A stretch of DNA of 45,575 nt, the filler included, from Hausera hauseri (taxonomy: Eukaryota), in NCBI GenBank assembly GCA_046269625.1. It is 8 parts of 8 records of this genome, joined end to end, with 100 filler letters (N's around TTAATTAATTAA, not from the genome) between each part and the next. Parts side by side here need not be neighbours in the genome. Positions count along the whole stretch, not along the records: positions 35,100 to 39,640 come from JBJURY010535231.1; positions 39,741 to 45,575 come from JBJURY010181528.1; 6 more parts are not named here. One strand, given 5' to 3'. The position numbers and the translations under genes were made by a program. The notes under the pieces were generated by a model. That model saw only the letters and a list, made by a program, of their open reading frames with translations, made no database searches and was not told the origin of the DNA. Below, piece by piece: positions 35,310 through 45,575 of the stretch. Every line of letters starts with the position of its first letter. The first letter of the stretch is position 1.

Positions 35310-36069
35310 ACCAAATCAAATAGTCGCCAGGAATCCAATTTTTTAATCTCATGGTCTGAATTGTCACATTTTTCAATTTGTATTGCAACGGTTTTACAAT
35401 AGCATAGCCACAGTAAATTCGCAATACTTTAACCAGCTTGTTGTCAATGTTGTAATGTTTGGAAAAAACAGATAGTTCTTCTTAGTTTGTTTCAAATTAC
35501 TATTATTGAACTTGTCACCATCTGACTTAGTTGACGAGTCTATGTCATGTTCAGAATCATTATAATCACCATAGAAACCATTTTTTATTCTGACCCTTAA
35601 ATCATTGGGCAGAGCACGGTTATTATAATTTCCGTCTCTGTTATAATTATATTCTTTCGCAGAAGAACTATTTGATACGGTATCGTGATTCTTTTTATAT
35701 GAATTTTCCGAGGTATCGCTGATAAATCCATAACTTAAGGATATTGACTTCGAAGTATGGTATTTGTATTTTGGCTTGACTGCAAGCAATGATTTTTTTG
35801 GATTTCGCTGAATTGACCACATATTGTATAGATTGGATACTGGGATTTAAAGCGGATTGTTTCAGTTGCAAATGTTTTAAACCATTTGATTGAATGGTTT
35901 CGATTTCGGGAATATCTTTTAATAAATCAGTTAAAGTACTAAAACCATAATTCCGCCATGACAGAGTTTCTCCAGTTATATGTTTATATTCACCTTGAAG
36001 AGAATTTAGGGGTAATCCATGTTTCGACGATCCAATAACACTAACAATATTGGCTTTAATAGACTCCAT
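35310..36069 (-). pseudogene. LOTUS/OST-HTH domain protein (TDRD5/TDRD7-like) 5' part, frameshift near 35822
   Basis: IKANIVSVIGSSKHGLPLNSLQGEYKHITGETLSWRNYGFSTLTDLLKDIPE is a typical N-terminal LOTUS signature; possible GTGAGT donor at ~35311. Confidence 0.8.
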
Positions 36070-36157
36070 CAAAATTTGCATGCAATTATAAAACAATGGT
36101 TTTGTAAAGACCATCTAAAGGTATTTGAAAAGGAAATTATACTGAATGGAAGATTCA

Positions 36158-36248
36158 GGCCTGACTATGGGCCCAACACGGAGGCAACGGACGCCCGGCC
36201 GTGTCCAACCAAATGGGCCAGAGGGCGCCGGTTGCCGTGGGCACCACA
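36158..36248 (-). repeat. LTR-like segment related to 13281-13401, lacking the CACA end
   Basis: TGTGGTGCCC...GCCCTC...CCCATT.GGTT...CACGG.CGGG...CCATA.GTCA.GC is shared with the gypsy LTR. Confidence 0.7.
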
Positions 36249-37069
36249 GTTCGCACTTGTTCAAATATCTCTAATTACTTTAATATCTTCCACATATATC
36301 ATATTTTGGAAACTTCTTACTTCCGCATCGAGAAAACTGACAGAAATAGTTCCATTTAGTCCTATTCAATTTTTAGTAAAATTTTACACTCTTGTGAGGA
36401 TTTAGACCAGGCGTGGGAAAACTTTCTGATGAGCAGGTAACATGAAGAATTTATAATCAACGCTACACTACAAATTTTAAGTTTCCTTGGATAAGGTAAA
36501 CACGTCAAATTTTATAATAGCATTTTTCCTTCAAGCAAACCAAGAACATTCCGTGTGATACAAATAGAAACAGTGCATATTTATTGAAGAAAGTTTAGTC
36601 GTTAATGAGAAGTATGAAACTGTTGGTGAATTTCCAACACACGTTCCATATCAGACTTCAAGTTGGTTGTGGAGAGGCGCAGTATTGACTGAAATAACTA
36701 ACTTAAATGCAAAATAAGGCTTGCGGTCCAAATTATAATATTACACCTGAAACATAGTGCGGGCCAGGAAAAATCAAGTTGCGTGTCGTAATTTTCTGAC
36801 CCCCGATTTAGACGATCATTGCAAAATATGTTTGAACGAGACAGAGTCAATTTGTTATCCAAGGAAATTAAGGCTACAACGATTTTGAAGTGTGTGTATA
36901 TTTTATATGACCGACTAAACGGCGAGCCCGCTCTCAGTTGGACGAGAATTACACTTGTACAGTATTCCCCTACATTAATAAAACTGACGGTTTTTACTCA
37001 GTTTATCCAACGATGAATTTCAGTACAATTTCACATATTCGTTAGGTTTTCTTGAATTTATCAAGGATA

Positions 37070-37540
37070 ATTTGGAAGTAATACGGGGAAAATATGAGTA
37101 CCTTGTGGGTAGAGTATGGTGATATGAATGTAAAATATGGATAATATGTAAAAGATAGGCAAACTACATGCGATGTGGGCAACATTTGGTCATATGTAAG
37201 TAAAACATGGGTTATATGTTCAATATATAGTAAGTAAAATACATACCATTTGCGAGTAATATGTAAACTATCAGTACTATGTGGGTAATATGTGAGCATA
37301 CAGGTAAATTATGGAGCACATATAGGCTACTTAGACAAAATACAGGTGATATGAGAAATATGGGCGATATATGGACAAAATGTATGTACCATGGATGAAA
37401 TGGACGTAATATCTAGGTGACTTGGGTAAACTATGGTCAATATAAAGGGAATGCAAATAAAATACGGACCATTTCTGGGGAAATATGTAAAATATAATGA
37501 GGGTAATACAAGTAAAAGTAGGTATAAAATGGGAAGTCTG
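37070..37540 (+). repeat. Degenerate ~11/22-bp periodic purine-rich minisatellite
   Basis: Recurrent GTAA(A)ATATG(G/T)-like units with strong G/A strand skew. Confidence 0.6.
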
Positions 37541-37548
37541 CACCACCG

Positions 37549-38740
37549 CCAGGGGTGTGCGAATAGATAAAATCAATATGGCACATGTGCCAATCGATAG
37601 TGCACATGGAGCACTATGGATCGGTAGTGTGTCGAGCAACGGTGCCCGTTAGGTACCGTTGCTAGGCACATTTTTGCACATTTCACAAATCGATAACTGC
37701 ATATTGCACAATTGGTCAAATCGATGGGACCAAAGTGCTAATCGATAGTGCACATCAAGGCGCATCTTTATATGCACTGTGCAGGTCGCAGCACGTGCAA
37801 GTGTGCAAAAATCAATAATATCGGTTTTACGATATTTCCTATATTGATAATTAGCACATGGCACCGGGTGCAATCGATTGAAAATACGGTGCACTGTGAA
37901 TGTGCAATTAGAATTTAAATCGATCGAGTGGATTTCGAATAATATCGATCCAAAGTGCAACTGCTGCAGACTTCCCATAGTTTTTTAGGTCCCAAGGAGT
38001 CAAAATTTAACAAATGTTTAAGCGGGAACATATAGGAAGTGCCACATTGTAACCCGGCTCTTACATCTCAGATTTCAGAAATTCGATGCAGAACTCGAAT
38101 AAATATCGATTTTCACCGAATAGTATAGATATATCTTAACACCCATAATTTTTTGAGAAATCTGAGAGCGCGAGTCGATTCCCCATGTCTTAATGCATCT
38201 ATATAGCACTTTTCAGATGTGTCGCACAAGTGCAAGTGTACTTTAATTATTAATAACGGTGTTTCGATAAAACTTATAATTAATTTTAGCACACAAGCAA
38301 GTCGAAATCGAAAAATGTAAAAGCGTACACACATGGAAACTAACGTGCTGTATCCGATTATGACATCAGATATTCGAAAACTCGAATACAAGTCGAACTT
38401 TTAGAATAATTGATTTTCTATCCGAGTGGACGTCCGAATATGACGTCACATTCGAAAAGAGGCTTAAATAAAAAAGCCGACTTTTCGATCGATTTCGAAT
38501 ATTCTAATAGTACCATCGGATTCCCCATGTCAGAAAACCTTTGTAGACCAAAAATAGAGTGTGTAAAGTGTTTGGAACATTCTAGAAATGAATAAAATCT
38601 TAAAAAATTCAATAATATTCGATCAAGAATAAATTATTGGAACAATCTGATCACTCCATGCGATTGCCCGTGTATGACAACCTTTAAGCAAATTGTCGCC
38701 CAAGTGCATTTAACTTATTTGATGCATTGAAACAAAGTGT
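37549..38740 (+). repeat. 'R' family copy 3
   Basis: CCAGGGGTGTGCGAAT start, twin hairpins, colinear with 5790-6800, ends ATTTGATGCATTGAAACAA. Confidence 0.78.
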
Positions 38741-38778
38741 GTTACATTCGGTATATAAACAAATGTAAAATATAGTAT

Positions 38779-39051
38779 GTGGCCTGCATAATAGACTATA
38801 ATAATAATCCAATAACTGATATTAGCACTGATGATACGTCCTATGAAGATGATGTTCCAGAATACACATGTTGTCAGTCAGAAGATTACGGAGACAATGA
38901 CGACGTGGATACAGCTAGTAAACCTGAAGATACTGAATTGTTTGAGGACTGTTGCGAAAATTGTCAACAAAGTGAATGTGGTGATGACGAAATTAAAATC
39001 AATATTATCGAGGAGGAAGAAGAAGAGGAAGAAAGTTGCGATGAAAATTGA
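38779..39051 (+). CDS. Small acidic, Cys-containing protein (start codon uncertain)
   Basis: D/E-rich 90-aa frame with internal repeat (CCQSEDYGD / CQQSECGDD), TATATAAA ~25 nt upstream and AATAAA ~45 nt downstream. Confidence 0.4.
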   Translation: MACIIDYNNNPITDISTDDTSYEDDVPEYTCCQSEDYGDNDDVDTASKPEDTELFEDCCENCQQSECGDDEIKINIIEEEEEEEESCDEN

Positions 39052-39150
39052 TTATGTGCGAGTGTTATAATGACAGATTGTTACTGTTTTAGTGTTAATA
39101 AATTTGTTGTATACACACATGTTGCTTTTTGAAATAAGAGAAACATAAAT

Positions 39151-39577
39151 CTATAATAATATATTGTCTAAAACATATCTAACAAAATCAATATAATTCA
39201 AATCCTTCAAACCAGTTATAACAATTTTCCCTGTATGAAAGACATTTGCACATATGGGATTATAACAGGTTTATCTAAGTTCATGAAATAATTCTGGATC
39301 ATAGAGAATTGGGCTATTCCTCGCCAATATGTTGAGATCTATGGGTTCACTAAAATGACGTCACTGTAATTGATTTTATACACACAATTGAAATATTGTA
39401 GGGTAAACTGCATAGATTAATGGGCTTTTTACACCCCATTATTCGACACTTTCCATTGAAAAAGAATATTATCGTATATTCTGGGTATCGTGAAACACAC
39501 TGTTTAGGTCTGCAACCGAATTTGAATGCATCCAAGGAAACTGTAGTGACACCTCTGTAGTTTATGTTGCTCAGCAT
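39151..39577 (-). pseudogene. Compact, divergent TATA-binding-protein-like gene (one frameshift, one stop)
   Basis: Repeat 1: NINYRG...TIIFFFNGKCRIMGCK. After a frameshift near 39352, repeat 2: FSEPIDLNILARNSPILYDPELFHELR*TCYNPICANVFHTGKIVITGLK (cf. TBP YEPELFPGL...IF.SGK.V.TGAK). Confidence 0.75.
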
Positions 39578-39640
39578 TTTTGTAAAAATGACAGGTATTT
39601 ATAATTTTCCGGTTGACTTTTCAAATTCAAATTGATGAAA

Positions 39641-39740
39641 NNNNNNNNNNNNNNNNNNNNNNNNNNNNNNNNNNNNNNNNNNNNTTAATTAATTAANNNN
39701 NNNNNNNNNNNNNNNNNNNNNNNNNNNNNNNNNNNNNNNN
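39641..39740. other. Synthetic contig spacer
   Basis: 44 N + TTAATTAATTAA + 44 N. Confidence 0.98.
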
Positions 39741-39741
39741 T

Positions 39742-40518
39742 CTTATCGGGACGGACGACGCCACAACCTGCCATTTTGTCGTGCTCGATTGTTCGGCTGC
39801 ACAACTTGTGGGAGCGGCTCATTTCGACGGTTGTGCTACAGAACAATTCTTTGACAAGTATGTTGGGCTACTACAGAAATGGACGAAATCGATGAGAAAC
39901 ATCGGCCGCGGCAAACAAACGGAACAGATGCATGATGTTACAATCCACATAATTGGCGGATTTGCCGACGATGGGAATAGCTCGGTGGGTTTGTCCATGG
40001 AAAATCTTAATTTGGTTGTCGAAAAATTTCCCAATATCAAGTTTCACGTCGGCGTGCTGAGTATAATTCATTTGGATAATTACGTAAAAGACGGTATTAA
40101 TTTTCCCAATCATTACGGAGCATTGTATGATGTCAAATCTATGGAAATTCATCCGGCGGAATTCGATAAAATCGCCAAAGATCCTATGCGAATATTGCGA
40201 TTGACCAGATTCTGTTGTCCACAGTCTGTATACACCGTGTACAATCTAGATAAGTCTGTTTTGGAATTGACCGGCTTTGACTATAGCGGCTGCCGAAATC
40301 AGTTGTATTATCTAATGTTGTCGGAATCCACCGATGACGAATTGATTTGTTATTCAACTTCTCCGGCTCAGGAAAAACCAGATTTTGTGTTTAACTTGAG
40401 AACGACGTTTCGATTTATGTACGATAATCTCGATCCAAAACGATCGTTGTTCAGTGGGAAAAATAGTATTCGTTATAAATGTGACGCGCTAACTGGTAAA
40501 TGGAATCGGTTGACTTGA
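39742..40518 (+). CDS. NTAN1: Protein N-terminal asparagine amidohydrolase (5' end beyond contig edge)
   Basis: LIGTDDATTCHFVVL, AHFDG, IHIIGGFADD...S, HPAEF, YSTSPAQEKPDFV; frame is uninterrupted. Confidence 0.9.
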   Translation, partial: LIGTDDATTCHFVVLDCSAAQLVGAAHFDGCATEQFFDKYVGLLQKWTKSMRNIGRGKQTEQMHDVTIHIIGGFADDGNSSVGLSMENLNLVVEKFPNIKFHVGVLSIIHLDNYVKDGINFPNHYGALYDVKSMEIHPAEFDKIAKDPMRILRLTRFCCPQSVYTVYNLDKSVLELTGFDYSGCRNQLYYLMLSESTDDELICYSTSPAQEKPDFVFNLRTTFRFMYDNLDPKRSLFSGKNSIRYKCDALTGKWNRLT

Positions 40519-40859
40519 ATTTTCTTTTAATTTGGCTAGTTTTATTATGATTTTTAGTTCTATCACGCCATTTAAATATGACTCATTTTTTATTCAATAT
40601 GGATGTTACTTATTAAGTTGTCACTAGTGAAATTTGTTGGTTAAACAAATACTCATATATGTGCGCCATGTGTCCCATAGGACAATGAATTTGATTGAAT
40701 ATGATTGATGCGAACTTTTTATTTGTTTCACTTCATTCTTATCAATAATTGTGTTACTCATTAATTTGTCAATAGTATATACGGTTGAACTTCAAAAACG
40801 ATTATATACATAAAGTTTTATGTCAATCTTTAACCACTCGCTATTTCAACGTGAGAAAA

Positions 40860-41120
40860 ATTCAATTCAAACATTTACAATTGACCCTGAAATGTGTATG
40901 TTTCTTTGTCAGCAGGTACACATTCATACTTTTGTAATCAAGAATAGTAAACATGTAATTCTGGCATCATCAACTGGACACAATCATTTAGACCATGGTT
41001 ATGTAAGGTGTTTCTCATCTAAGAAGAAGCCGAAGAGACTCACATTGCGTACTTAAATGGAAATTCTCCACACGGTGGAGTACAATAGAACGGGATATGG
41101 TTAACATTTTGAGCATATCA
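40860..41120 (+). pseudogene. Highly degenerate RRM (ELAV/Sxl-like)
   Basis: Across a frameshift: IKNSKHVILASSTG....HGYVRCFSSK/EEAEETHIAYLNGNSPHG...IWLTF resembles RNP1, helix 2 and LNG of an RRM. Confidence 0.35.
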
Positions 41121-41358
41121 TGGACAGAACGGTCAGAGGAATATGCGTACTGTAATTATTCATATAGCACCGTTCTTCAATGTAACAAGATAAGCACTCT
41201 TGAAAAAGAAAACAGGACAATTCTCTAATTGTATTTGACCAACAGAAGTAATGAAAGCGGTGCTTATTTCTTCTCTCAACCGGAAGCTGTGGCTTTAACG
41301 AAACGACTTTCAAGTTATTAGACAAGATCAAAAAAGCATCAAAATTTATTGAATCTAA

Positions 41359-42252
41359 TCATCGTCTGTGTTTCTTCTTATTCCCCTTAGGTACAGATGG
41401 TCGAAGAACGGGATTGCGGCCACTAGTTATGCCGAGTACCGATGAACGAGTCGTAACCTGACGTGTGGCGAATGGATAGCCAATTCTTTCTCTGACATCG
41501 TGGAATTCTGAGCCACCGAATGAATACTTCAATTCGTCGTCAAAATCGTACTGTGAATTAGTTTTCTTAGCTCGTTCCATTGGCATCCGCTGATCAGAAC
41601 AATAAACGTAAGATGTCCCATCGGTGCGTTTCCCGCCTTTGGGTGTTGGCACTATGAACTGTAATCAATTCGTCAAATGTTATATGCCAATCAGAATTTT
41701 ACCTTGGTGTTGCGTAAATTCAGTTTATAATTCTTCCTGAAGAACACTACCAACTCGCAATTTTCTTTAATCTTAGCTGGAATTCGACCGATGCTGTTGT
41801 TGCCGCAATGTGAACAAAAGAAAAAATCCGTTCTTTTGAATTTCCTTATTGGCCGATAAAATCTAATGAACAAGATTTATTGACTCACTTTAAACACCCA
41901 CGACACCACGAGATGAATATTCTAGGTTGTTTGACAATCATTCGGTCGACGGATAAAATGAGCACTTTCATATGGAGTAAAATTTTTTGCATTGCGTAAT
42001 CTGTCGTTAGACAACCAACTTTTGGGACGGTTTCTAAATTCTCCAGTGAGACCATTTCATCGCTAAAAAGAGCAACAAAATGTTTTATTTCACACTACTT
42101 ACAAATAATTAGTAAATAAAAGTTACAATATTTGTGGCACTTATATAGTATCCCCTCAATCACTGCATGTAAACAAATTTCCTTTAGAGATGACATTCCT
42201 TAATCGTAAATTTAAGGTCGGTTAAAATGTATTTGTCGGGAGGGTCGATACT
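41359..42252 (-). pseudogene. NOB1: NOB1 3' part, copy A, introns retained
   Basis: VGCLTTDYAMQKILLHM, WCRGCLK, FCSHCGNNSI, VPTPKGGK, CSDQRMP, PFATRQVTTRS, with short GT-AG introns. Confidence 0.88.
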
Positions 42253-42255
42253 CCT

Positions 42256-42604
<349 letters not shown>

Positions 42605-43229
42605 CATTTTCGATGAAATATATATTTTCGGTTTTATGTCCGTTTTGTCTTCACCCATGAGCATGAGTATTAGATAAATATTTTGTTTAGGCAGAACATC
42701 AATAAAACGTGATAAATTGAGAATGTGAACGAAAATATTGTCATGGGGCGGAGGAGAATTGAACAAGTGCCGAGATTGGGTTAATTTTAAAAATACTTTG
42801 TCGTAAAAATCATTTTCTCGTTAACATTTTAGATTGACAACATTTCCGGAAAATACGTCTGGAATTGTAAATTGAAAATTTGCATACATATATTTAATGG
42901 TTCCATATTGGGGAACCTCTTATGCCAGAAGTACCGATGATACAAAAATTATCATTATTTTATACTCTGGAATTTCTGGATAAGAGGAAAATTATTTTGT
43001 TATTTAAAAGTTATTTCATTAAAATCTCGAGAATTTGATGTTGATTTAATAAAAAAGGAAAAAATTATTTTGTGAAATATTTTCTTATTTATCATTATGT
43101 AACAAAATGTGTATCAAACTTTGAACACTTGTACAAATTATGTTCGATTCGACAAGTACAAAATTTTATACTGATTAATAATATGTAAATTGTTTCTAAA
43201 TGTTACGTCATTTTGCATTTCTTTAATTT

Positions 43230-44561
43230 CCCCTAACTTACTGAGGAATTCGGTTTTTCAATTCATATTGGTAATTTAAAAAAGATAAAATCAACTGAAG
43301 ATAGAAGAAAAATGTTCCAAAAAGTAATCACAAATGCGGATATCGATGATTTGTTGACGAATACTACCAACGGTAATCATTTTCAAATTGGCAATCATGA
43401 TAATGACAAGAAATCGACGGATTTAAATATTTCTGTTACGGATTTCGATTCGGAATTTGATGAAAATGACATGGACAATTTTGAGAAAGTTTGTCTAGAA
43501 GAATTGTCAAATGTCTATGACAATATAATTTGTAAATTAGAAGAAAATAATGAGAATGAGATTGTTTAAAAATCAGAAGAAGCAAACGATTCAGATTCAG
43601 GTGAATGGGTGACTTTAAGAATATCGATAAACATAAAGGAACGGGATTTGGATTGGACAAAACTGGGTAAGATTTTATAATTAATATATAAATATGGCAT
43701 CTGTGCAGTATCGACCCTCCCGACATGTATTTCAACCGACCTTAAATTTACGATTCAAGAATGTCATCGCTAAAGGAAATTTGCTTACATGCAGTGATTG
43801 AGGGGATACTGTATAAGTGCCACAAATATTGTAACTTTTATTTACTAATTACTTGTAAGTAGTGACATAAAAAATGTTGCTCTGTTTAGCAATGAAATGG
43901 TATCACTGGGTAAGTTAAAAACCGTCCCAGAAGTTGGTTGTCTGACGACAGATTACGTAATGCAAAACGTTTTACTCCATATGAAAGTGTTCATTTTATC
44001 CGTCGACGAAATGATTGTCGTGGGTGTTTAAAGTGAATCATTAAATCCTGTTCATTCGATTTTATCGGCCAATAAGGAAATTCAAAAGAACGGATTTCTT
44101 CTTTTGTCCACATTGCGGCAACAACAGCATCGGTCGATTTCCAGCTAAGATTAAAGAAAACGGCGAGTTGGAAGTGTTCTTCAGGAAGAATTATAAACTG
44201 AATTTACGCAACACCATGGTAAAATTCTGATTGGCATAAACATTTGACGAATTGATTACAGTTCACAGTGCCAACACCCAAAGGCGGGAAACACACCGAT
44301 GGGACATCTTACGTTTATTGTTCTGACCAGCGGATGCCAATGTAACGAGATAAGAAAACTAATTCACAGGACGATTTTGACGACGAATTGATGTATTCAT
44401 TCGGTGGCTCAGCATTCAACGACGTTAGAGAAAGAATTGGCTATCCATTTGCCACACGTCAGGTTATGACTCGTTCATCGATACTCACAATAACTAGTGG
44501 CCGCAATCATGTTCTTCGACCATCTGTACCTAAAGGGAATAGGAAGAAACACAGACGATAA
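43230..44561 (+). pseudogene. NOB1: NOB1 middle and 3' part, copy B, introns retained, disrupted
   Basis: Acidic linker, DSDSGEWVT (WIT motif), VGCLTTDYVMQNVLLHM, FCPHCGNN, PTPKGGK. Introns at 44033-44076 and 44219-44261, premature stops, and a 31-nt deletion. The 5' boundary is approximate. Confidence 0.85.
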
Positions 44562-45575
44562 TTAGATTGTTTGTTTAATCAATCTTTTCCACTTGACGGA
44601 GCCACGTCATCTGTTCAGTCGACGAACAATGCTGCTGGTAAAATTACCGCTGACCAGACACGTAAAAAACAGATTTTGGAATAAAAATTTTGTTGTTTGT
44701 TGTACGTTTTTTTGTTTTTTTGGTCGTTTTTTGGCGATCTATTAGGGGGTACCACGATCTTAAATTTTACAGAATTTCGACACTTGTTCAGGATTCCCCA
44801 TCAATGTGTGGGAATTTTTAAAGATTTGAGCTTTATTTTTATAATTAAAAATAACTATTATAGTATGGTATTTCTTTGTAATATAGTCGATACTGTTTTA
44901 TATTTATCGTTTTTATTGTAAAAATAAAATCAATTCAAAAGCTTCCAACACGATTTGCAGAGTAAAGGTATACATTCGATAACTCTTTATAATGCATATT
45001 TCTAATGCACATTTTTATCTGCTGTGTTGAATTTACTAGATTTTTGGAAGTATCTGGTGAAATTTGGAAATCGGTGGACAACGGAGTTATATCTTTTCGG
45101 TAAGACTTAGTGCAACTGGTTGTTAATTATAAGACCACTATATTAATACAATTTTAGTTGAAGGATAGTTAGGCAATTAACATTTTGTAAATGAATTTTT
45201 TGGTGGAAGCAAAACGTTTATTTGTTTACTATCTAATTTCAGTTTCTATTTTATCTATTGAATGATTTTTAAATAAATCTGTGGAAGAAATACAAATGGG
45301 CGTTACCAACTGATTTTTGACGAATAAAATTGTCAAATGGACTTATTGAACATTACCATATAAAATTGTTCAATTTTTTAATTTGTTATTCATTGGTTTC
45401 GTATTTTTCTTTCAACAATAATTAATTATTAATTAATACTTGTTATTGTTTACTTCTGTTTTACAATTTATTACGGCACAATTGCTTACGTCGATTGAAC
45501 TTTTAAGGCTTCATTGAACGTTTGAAATTAATGTAACATATATCGTAATATATATGAAATATAGGTAATATATAA

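Noticed and set aside
36400-37020. Possible spliced host gene fragment
   Set aside because: Short GT-AG candidates and broken frames, but no recognisable protein.
7942-39740. Regularly recurring TTAATTAATTAA palindrome as a biological repeat or CRISPR-like array
   Set aside because: Always centred in exactly 44+44 N; it is an artificial six-frame-stop linker between contigs.

Overview
Eukaryotic, AT-rich, animal-type DNA. The host genes look metazoan, and a flatworm-like compact genome is only a guess. It is not one locus: eight short contigs are joined by seven synthetic 100-nt spacers (44 N + TTAATTAATTAA + 44 N), so adjacency across spacers means nothing. The contigs hold five kinds of sequence. 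(i) Decayed Ty3/gypsy LTR retrotransposons. (ii) Two fragments of a Polinton-type family-B DNA polymerase. (iii) A palindrome-rich non-coding repeat family in three copies, one next to a degenerate TBP-like gene. (iv) A 5.8-kb A-rich unknown coding block that reads as a decayed polyprotein of repeated small membrane-protein modules. (v) Many truncated or fused copies of housekeeping genes (POLA1, ZRANB1, ARID2, CSE1L, NUP85, TTC7, a LOTUS-domain gene, METAP2, NOB1 x2), plus an open NTAN1 frame. The most unusual signal is the gypsy LTR start TGTGGTGC, seen six times and repeatedly followed by the 5' end of a host gene. In 27057-30069 this gives an LTR-PBS-internal-PPT-LTR-PBS layout whose two 'LTRs' share only a ~33-nt head and a terminal TCACA and are otherwise filled with different cargo (NUP85 in one). 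Protein identifications are by eye from remembered conserved motifs; no searches were run.
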